Positions 56,742 through 64,000 of a DNA stretch of 64,000 nt are shown here, one piece after another (the first letter of the stretch is position 1; each line of letters starts with the position of its first letter). The DNA comes from Eledone cirrhosa (taxonomy: Eukaryota): the NCBI GenBank assembly GCA_964016885.1, contig OZ024740.1:257982001-258046000 (forward strand). Direction: 5' to 3'. A program made the translations under genes and the position numbers. The notes beneath the pieces are model-generated. The model was not told where the DNA came from, ran no database searches, and saw only the letters and a list, made by a program, of their open reading frames with translations.

Positions 56742-57003
56742 TACATTAATATAAATAGATGTCTGTTTTCGTAAAAACAATCTTGCTAATCAAAAGGGTT
56801 AATAGATGAAGAGAAAACAAAGTATCGCTTCAAGTGATAGTTTTCTTGGTGAAGCTGTTGATGCTGATGATGTTATGGCTTCTCTGCTCCACAGTGAAAA
56901 GGTGATGTTTACACTGTCAGGCCAATATATACGTATCAGGAGGGCAATCGTTCTCCTTATTGCATTCCCAAGTAATAATAACGCCTCCTTCAATCCACCT
57001 TCA

Positions 57004-57054
<51 letters not shown>

Positions 57055-57290
57055 GTCTCTGTGCGTTTGAGTGTCTGTGGCTGTGTTTGTGTGTGTGTGG
57101 CTGTGTTTGTGTTTGTGTGTATGTGTTTGTGTGTATGTGTTTGTGTGTATGTGTTTGTGTTTGTGTTTGTGTGTTTGTGTGTATGTGCTTTTGTGGATGT
57201 GTGAATGTGTGTGTGTGTGTGTTCTTTTTCTTAACGTTATTTTAGTCATAGGTTTGTCTAAGGCTTGTGGTGGGCTGCGCCTTCATACAT

Positions 57291-57403
<113 letters not shown>

Positions 57404-57734
57404 CAAAGACGGGGAGGGAATAAGAGCGACAAAGAAAAGGAAAATAAGATACATACATACGTACATGCATAAGTATAACAGCTTACCCCAATCTCATACA
57501 TAACGTAAACACAAAAATCAACGTATATACATGCATACACATCTATAAACATACATAAGAGTCACTCTGATTAGAAAGAGCGAGCATGTCCCCTTCTAAA
57601 CCCTCACCATCTCCTGCCATAACCAATCCTTTATAGTTTGAAATGCTAATCTAAATATTGAGGAAGACTCAAGTGGTTGGAGAGGAAAAGTTACCGATTG
57701 GCATGGCTATAAATAAATAACGGTGTGGTCGGCT

Positions 57735-58525
57735 TTGGTAGTGGTTGTGATGGGTCTAGTGATGGGTGTGAAGGTGACATTGGTGATGGTGCTGATGGTG
57801 GTGATGGTGGTGGTGGTGGTGTTGGTGGTGGGTGTGAAGGTGATGGTGGTAGTGGTGGTGGTGGTGGTGGTGGTGGTGGCGGTGGTGGGTGTGAAGGTGA
57901 TGGTGGTGGTGGTGGTGGTGGGTGTGAAGGAGATGCTGGTGGTGGTGGTGGTGGTTGTCGTGGTTGTCGTGGTCGGTGTAGTTGTGGTGTGAAAGTGATG
58001 GTGGTGATGGTGGTGATGGTGGTGGTGGTGGTGGTGGTGATGGTGTTGGTGGTGGTGGTGGTGGTGGTGGTGATGGTGTTGTTGTTGGTGGTGGTGATGG
58101 TGATGGTGTTGTTGGTTGTGGTGGTGGTGGTGGAAGTGGTGGTGGTAATGGTGTTGTAGGTTGTGGTGGTGGTGGTGTTGGTGGTGGTGGTTGTGGTGTT
58201 GGTGGTGATGATGTTGGTGCTGGTGCTGGTGGTAATGGTGGTGATGGTGGTGATGGTGGTGATGGTGGTGATGGTGGTGCTGGTGCTGGTGGTGATGGTG
58301 GTGGTGGTGGTGGTGGTGGTGTGGTGGTGGTGGTTGTGCTGGTGGTGGTGATAGTGATGGTGTTGTTGGTTGTGGTGGTGGTGGTGACTGTAGAAGTGAT
58401 GGTGGTGGTGTTGGTGGTCGATATGATGTTGGTTGTAGTAGAGGGGATGGTTGTTGTAATGTTTGCGTTGGGGTGGTGTGGATTTTGGTGGTATGGTGAT
58501 GGTGGTCGTGAAGGTGGGGTGGGTG
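57735..58525. repeat. (GGT)n-based low-complexity tract
   Basis: Direct reading. Confidence 0.9.
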
Positions 58526-58684
58526 GATTTAATGAATTGATCATCATGATGCAGAAGAGTAGGAGTCCTATGTTGATGTGGTGAAGAAGAGGAGGAGGAG
58601 GAAAACAAAAAGTATAAGGAACAAAATTTTAACGAAGAACTTGTGCGTGTGTGTGTGTGTCTGGGTGAGTGTATATGTATGTGT

Positions 58685-58889
<205 letters not shown>

Positions 58890-58899
58890 TATGTGTATA

Positions 58900-58988
<89 letters not shown>

Positions 58989-59507
58989 TATACATAAGCA
59001 TATACGCGTGTGTGTTTATATCGATAGATAAATAAAAAGAATGGCAGAAAGAAATATTGTCAGAAGATAATGAAAACAGAGAGGAATATATTGGCAGTAC
59101 CAAAATGGAAGTGAAGCTGGGTGGAGAGAAAACTCGTTAAAAGGGAATAAAATCTACCATTTTTTGTATAATCAATATTTTGGGGACGATATGGACAATT
59201 AAATGGTCTTTTGTGTTTCCTTCGCCAATCTGGCACAATTAGACCAAATGTTGTTAATTTGTTCCTGTTTTATGACAGAGGGATGAATGGGATGGATGGG
59301 TCGGACGATTGTGGATATATAGTAGACGTGTGGAGGGGCTGGTGACCAGAGGATATAAGGTTAGTGAGACAGAGGGGTTGGAGCGAGGATATATGGCAAA
59401 AGAAGGAGGATACTTTTAAAGGCAACACCAAAGTTGACGTGAAATGACCGTGTATTATACTTGAACATTGTACTATCAATCCCGCTCTCTCTCTCTCATC
59501 TCTCTTG

Positions 59508-59547
<40 letters not shown>

Positions 59548-59844
59548 GTCTTTCTCTCTCTCTCTCTCTCTCACCTCTAGCCAGACAGTTTAAACCGTTT
59601 AAGACATTGACCGCTCGTTTTTGTTGATGGTGCTGTGAGTGATGGTAGTACTGTGGTTAATAGTGGGGATACTATACAGCTCCCAGTTTAGTCCTGATTC
59701 TACGAACACTGAGGACATCCTGTACTGGTTTAGTAGAAAATATCTTAGAACAGGTTAGTTAATTCAAGTGTTTTAGTATCTTTGCAAGTGGACACTTCAT
59801 TGAGGAAATTTGCAGTATAAGTGGTTTAACTCGTTCAACATCGA

Positions 59845-61150
59845 CAATTCGACATAGTGGACTTCTACCCGTCGATCTCAAAGACCCTGATGGATATAAG
59901 CGTTGGATTTCGCCACTTCATACTCCTCCATCTAGGACTTGGATTGCAGAAAAACCCATCTCTTTACTAATTGTGTAGCCTTGGCAAAAAAATAAACTAC
60001 CTCAGAATTGTTCGATGTCTCAATGGGATCATTCGATAGTGCTAATGTATTCGATTTGGTTGCGTTATATATATTAGATACGTTGCGAGTAAAGTTCTCG
60101 GACACCCACACGGGTTTATTCCGCGACAACCGTCTGACACTATCGAGCTATAAAATCGGTCACAACCTTCACCGATTTAGGAAAAAACCTGATAAATACC
60201 TTCAATGAGTTAAGACTGAAGATAACTGTAGCCATCAATCTGACTCGCGTAATTTATTTAGACATCAACCTAGACCTTCATACACGCACACATTCAGACC
60301 TTTCCACAAACTTAATGAAAAATTAACTTATATACACAAGGACACATGCTACCCAAATATGGTCTTTAAAATCTTCATTAAAATATCAGCACTAAGATTT
60401 CTAATCTTTCTTCGGACAAGGCCATCTTTGACAGAGCGGCACCCTATTATAACAGTGCATTATCCAACAGCGGTTTCTCCGGAAAAATTTCTCACTCCCA
60501 TCCTAATTAATCACACTACCAGTAGAAAGAAAAAATAGAAATGAAAAACAATTTGATTCTGCCCACCATTCTCGCTTGGAATTAGAACTCATGTAGGTAA
60601 GAAATTCTTAGATCACATTGACAAACACCACCCTATAAACACAGACTTATCTTTAATAAACGCAGGATGAAACTCGCATATACCTGTGCTAAAAATACGA
60701 AATCCCACACCACCACCAATCCCAAGAGCTCTCACCCACTTGGATGCTCTTGTAGAAAACCATAATAATGCCTTCTTTGAAAACAGTGAAACATAGACGC
60801 AGTCTTCTATGAGGATAAAATTACATCCTCACGGCCAAATCAAAAGCGAGAGGTCAAATCATATGTTGGTATATCGGAGGGCCGGTTTAAAGAACGTTTC
60901 CTTAACTATCAGATAACCATTAGACACTCTGTTAAGTGATCGACCACGAAGTTGGTAATCTGCGTATGGTCATCCAAGGATGCAATCGTGAATTTTCTCT
61001 ATATAATTTTCTCTATGACGCGGTGTCCTGTAAGTTGTGCATTGATGTAAGAGGTAATATCTTATAGAGGTTATGTAAAAGTACTTGCCTAAACACCAAA
61101 GACGATCTTTTTAATCGCTCCCCCCAAGTTGCAAATTTTCTATTCCGTAG
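59845..61150 (+). mobile_element. Naiad-like Penelope RT + GIY-YIG, heavily decayed
   Basis: FDIVDFYPSIS, FDVSMGSFDSANVFDLVALYIL, GLFRDN, CSCRK, SYVGISEGRFKER, CKLC. Confidence 0.8.
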
Positions 61151-61349
61151 CTAGAAGGACCCAGGATAACTAGAAATTTAATCCAGACTGAACTACCACT
61201 AAGTAGTCCAGCCAGCGACTTGAAAATTCTGTCTGCCTTGTATTCAAAATAACAACATCTGCCCCGCGGAATCCAGTCAACTCATATATAATTCCGTTCT
61301 CACAGCAACCATACACGGTTCAGATAAATGGAAAAAAATCAGTATTGAC

Positions 61350-61403
<54 letters not shown>

Positions 61404-61405
<2 letters not shown>

Positions 61406-61836
61406 TAAAACATGTCTATAGAATCACAAGATAAAATATATACTATTTCCTCTCCCAATTAACATAATTAACTATATAAAAAATCGAATAGACCAGGCTA
61501 TACGAATGTATTCTATTTTCTCCTAGTTTATTTTAAACCTAATTCTGTTTAGTTGACTATATCTAGGCGATTACGCTGTCGAAATATTCGATAAATATTC
61601 CGCTACGGCCGACGCGAAACGCTAGTTTCGGTTATTTGTCGGAGATTCCTTCATAGAAGCCTCATTCGTATAGCCTGGTCTATTCGATTTTTTATATAGT
61701 TAATTATGCTAATTGGGAGAGGAAATAGTATATATTTTATCTTGTGATTCTATAGACATGTTTTATGATATATAGCTCTGATTGTTTAATTTATTAATTT
61801 TTCATTGAGCCACAAAGTGACCAGTTGTAAAACACG
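61404..61836. repeat. pLTR tail with ~105-bp inverted arm (family of the 8702 HHR)
   Basis: 61404-61507 is the inverse of 61662-61768; the middle is the inverse of about 8535-8690. Confidence 0.85.
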
Positions 61837-61868
61837 TATATATATGTGTATGTATATATATATGTAAA

Positions 61869-61945
<77 letters not shown>

Positions 61946-61976
61946 AGATCAAAAGATGGTTAAAGGAGTTCCATAT

Positions 61977-62045
61977 ATTTTATTGTGCGCATTTCAAAAA
62001 CAAACATCATCAAGCAATAATATTTGTGTTTTCATCAGATAAAAC
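61977..62045 (-). ncRNA. Hammerhead with mutated cleavage triplet (U16.1 to C)
   Basis: GTTTTAT-CTGATGA-16-bp helix II-GAAA-TGCGCA-CA|ATAAAAT. Confidence 0.7.
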
Positions 62046-62099
62046 AGGAGAACATGATATGAAGGCTAAAAAACACTTGTTGATAGTGCAGTTTTAAAT

Positions 62100-62153
<54 letters not shown>

Positions 62154-62365
62154 GCAAGTTTGAATCATTATTAGATAAAATATATACAGTCTTTCCTCTC
62201 ACCAGTCCGTAGAAATCAACCCCATAAATATTCATTTAAACAAGGCTATAAGTTTAAAATGTAACCATGAAGAAATAATAGACAAATGATACAGACTATC
62301 TTCCGCGAGGGACAGCCATATAAAACTTATCTGGTCATTCCTTTTAGCCCGTAGAACTTGACTAG

Positions 62366-62449
<84 letters not shown>

Positions 62450-62489
62450 CATATAAATATATATATATATATATACATAGATATATATA

Positions 62490-62895
62490 CATGGTGGCTG
62501 CCAACTCGTTTTCGAGTACGGTCGCTACTTTATATCCATGTAGGAGAACCCCTACCGATGCACTGAACGAGTGTGACATTTTAGTCCAGCCAGCGACTTG
62601 AAAATTCTGGTACAAACACGAGACTTGTGACAATTATTGACACATAGTGCTGGGCCCATGATACCATGTGACGACAAGTGCAGAGAGATCTCCAGATATA
62701 AAGCAATGCCTGGGCTGTGAAGCTTTTATAGTGAGCAAAGGCACTGCACAAAGCCAGTCCCATTCTCTTAACCAAGATGATATTTACCAAAAAGAAGAAC
62801 AAGTCAACATCATTGACTACCATCAGAGTTGCAGGTGTTATATCAGAGTTTTCCTTCTCCTAGAATTCTGCCTAAAGCCAAAAGGCTAAGGGGTC
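62490..62895 (-). mobile_element. Short bipartite RTE derivative (5' UTR piece fused to 3' end)
   Basis: 62828-62890 resembles the RTE 5' UTR at 21150-21210 (TATATCAGAGT..CCTTCTCCTAGA); 62490-62712 matches the RTE 3' end at 30199-30402. Confidence 0.7.
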
Positions 62896-62903
62896 ATCTA
62901 TAT

Positions 62904-62966
<63 letters not shown>

Positions 62967-63004
62967 TGTGAGTATATACAGGTATATATACACCATCCTA
63001 GTGT

Positions 63005-63206
63005 ATGTTAGAACAAAGGAGAGACACACAATAACAAGTTATCACTGAAGAGGTCACAGAAGGTGTGATGAAAGTGCTTTGGCAATAAACAACAAAGGAA
63101 ACATCCGGTTATTAAACTAACCAACTGTAAATTTATATTAAATTAATGTGAAGCCCAACAGGTGTGTGTTTTTTATCGGCAGCATGAGTTCCCCAAAGTA
63201 TAACAT
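63005..63206 (+). mobile_element. Solo Poseidon-like pLTR with HHR at 63041-63083
   Basis: ATCA-CTGAAGA-G-GTCACA gaagg TGTGAT-GAAA-GTGC-TT|TGGC; terminus CCCCAAAGTATAAC. Confidence 0.7.
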
Positions 63207-63277
63207 AACACACACACGCACACACACACACACACACACACATACATATATTTATTTATATATATATTTATAGACAC

Positions 63278-63310
<33 letters not shown>

Positions 63311-63323
63311 CATTTATTATTAC

Positions 63324-63356
<33 letters not shown>

Positions 63357-63502
63357 GTATATATATACATATAATCGCCGAAGGGCGAGTTGGAATATAA
63401 TCATTAAGGCCAGTTACTACTACGGCGCCATATGAGGTGTCTACGTTTCGTTAGGCCTGAGGACCTACTTGTTCAGCATATGCCGATGAAAGTGTACCGG
63501 AA

Positions 63503-63539
<37 letters not shown>

Positions 63540-63581
63540 TATATATATATATATACGTATATATACGTATATATAGTATGG

Positions 63582-63690
<109 letters not shown>

Positions 63691-63771
63691 GGTAAACAGA
63701 AATAACAACACAATCGGGACAGTATATGGAAGGGATATATTAGGTTAACGCCTGATATAGCAGGAAGAGGG

Positions 63772-63807
63772 TCTTAACGTTTCGAACGCTAGTCCTTCAT
63801 CAAAAGA
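63772..63807 (-). ncRNA. Hammerhead variant (C3 to U, extra A)
   Basis: TCTT-TTGATGA-A-GGAC tagc GTTC-GAAA-CG-TT|AAGA. Confidence 0.65.
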
Positions 63808-63929
63808 AACAATGAGAAATAAGATAGATTGATGGGACGAGCGGGATGGAATTGGGAAAAGTGACTTTCGATAAATGTTGACATCTCTTGGAAAACTGTT
63901 GGTGCTGGCATTTTGTGTATGATATATAC

Positions 63930-64000
<71 letters not shown>

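Noticed and set aside
56800-57003. Exon or GIY-YIG fragment (GVII..ECN...C / YVYIGLT on minus strand)
   Set aside because: Needs frameshifts and is too short to support

Overview
AT-rich, microsatellite-saturated eukaryotic DNA, most likely an incirrate octopod cephalopod (inferred from the SINE family and repeat landscape). I found no intact host gene; nearly all listed ORFs are microsatellite translations. The window is a dense set of transposon remnants: RTE and L1/Tx1 LINE pieces, a CRE fragment, a full-length decayed Tc1 (DD36E-like), pogo, hAT/Buster, a MITE, two Helitrons, about 12 copies of one tRNA-derived SINE, and many Penelope-like element (PLE) fragments joined to (TA)n tracts. 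The main hidden layer is RNA structure. About 20 full-length type I hammerhead ribozyme (HHR) motifs, intact to degenerate, plus several half-motifs, from roughly ten sequence families can be folded by eye on both strands. They include variants with an extra core nucleotide and with branched helix II. Many fold-back inversions, tandem units and 5' truncations break inside HHR helix II rather than at the cleavage site. A tRNA-like gene sits in an element with the same inverted, (TA)n-flanked architecture. All calls were made by eye without searches, and remnant boundaries are approximate.
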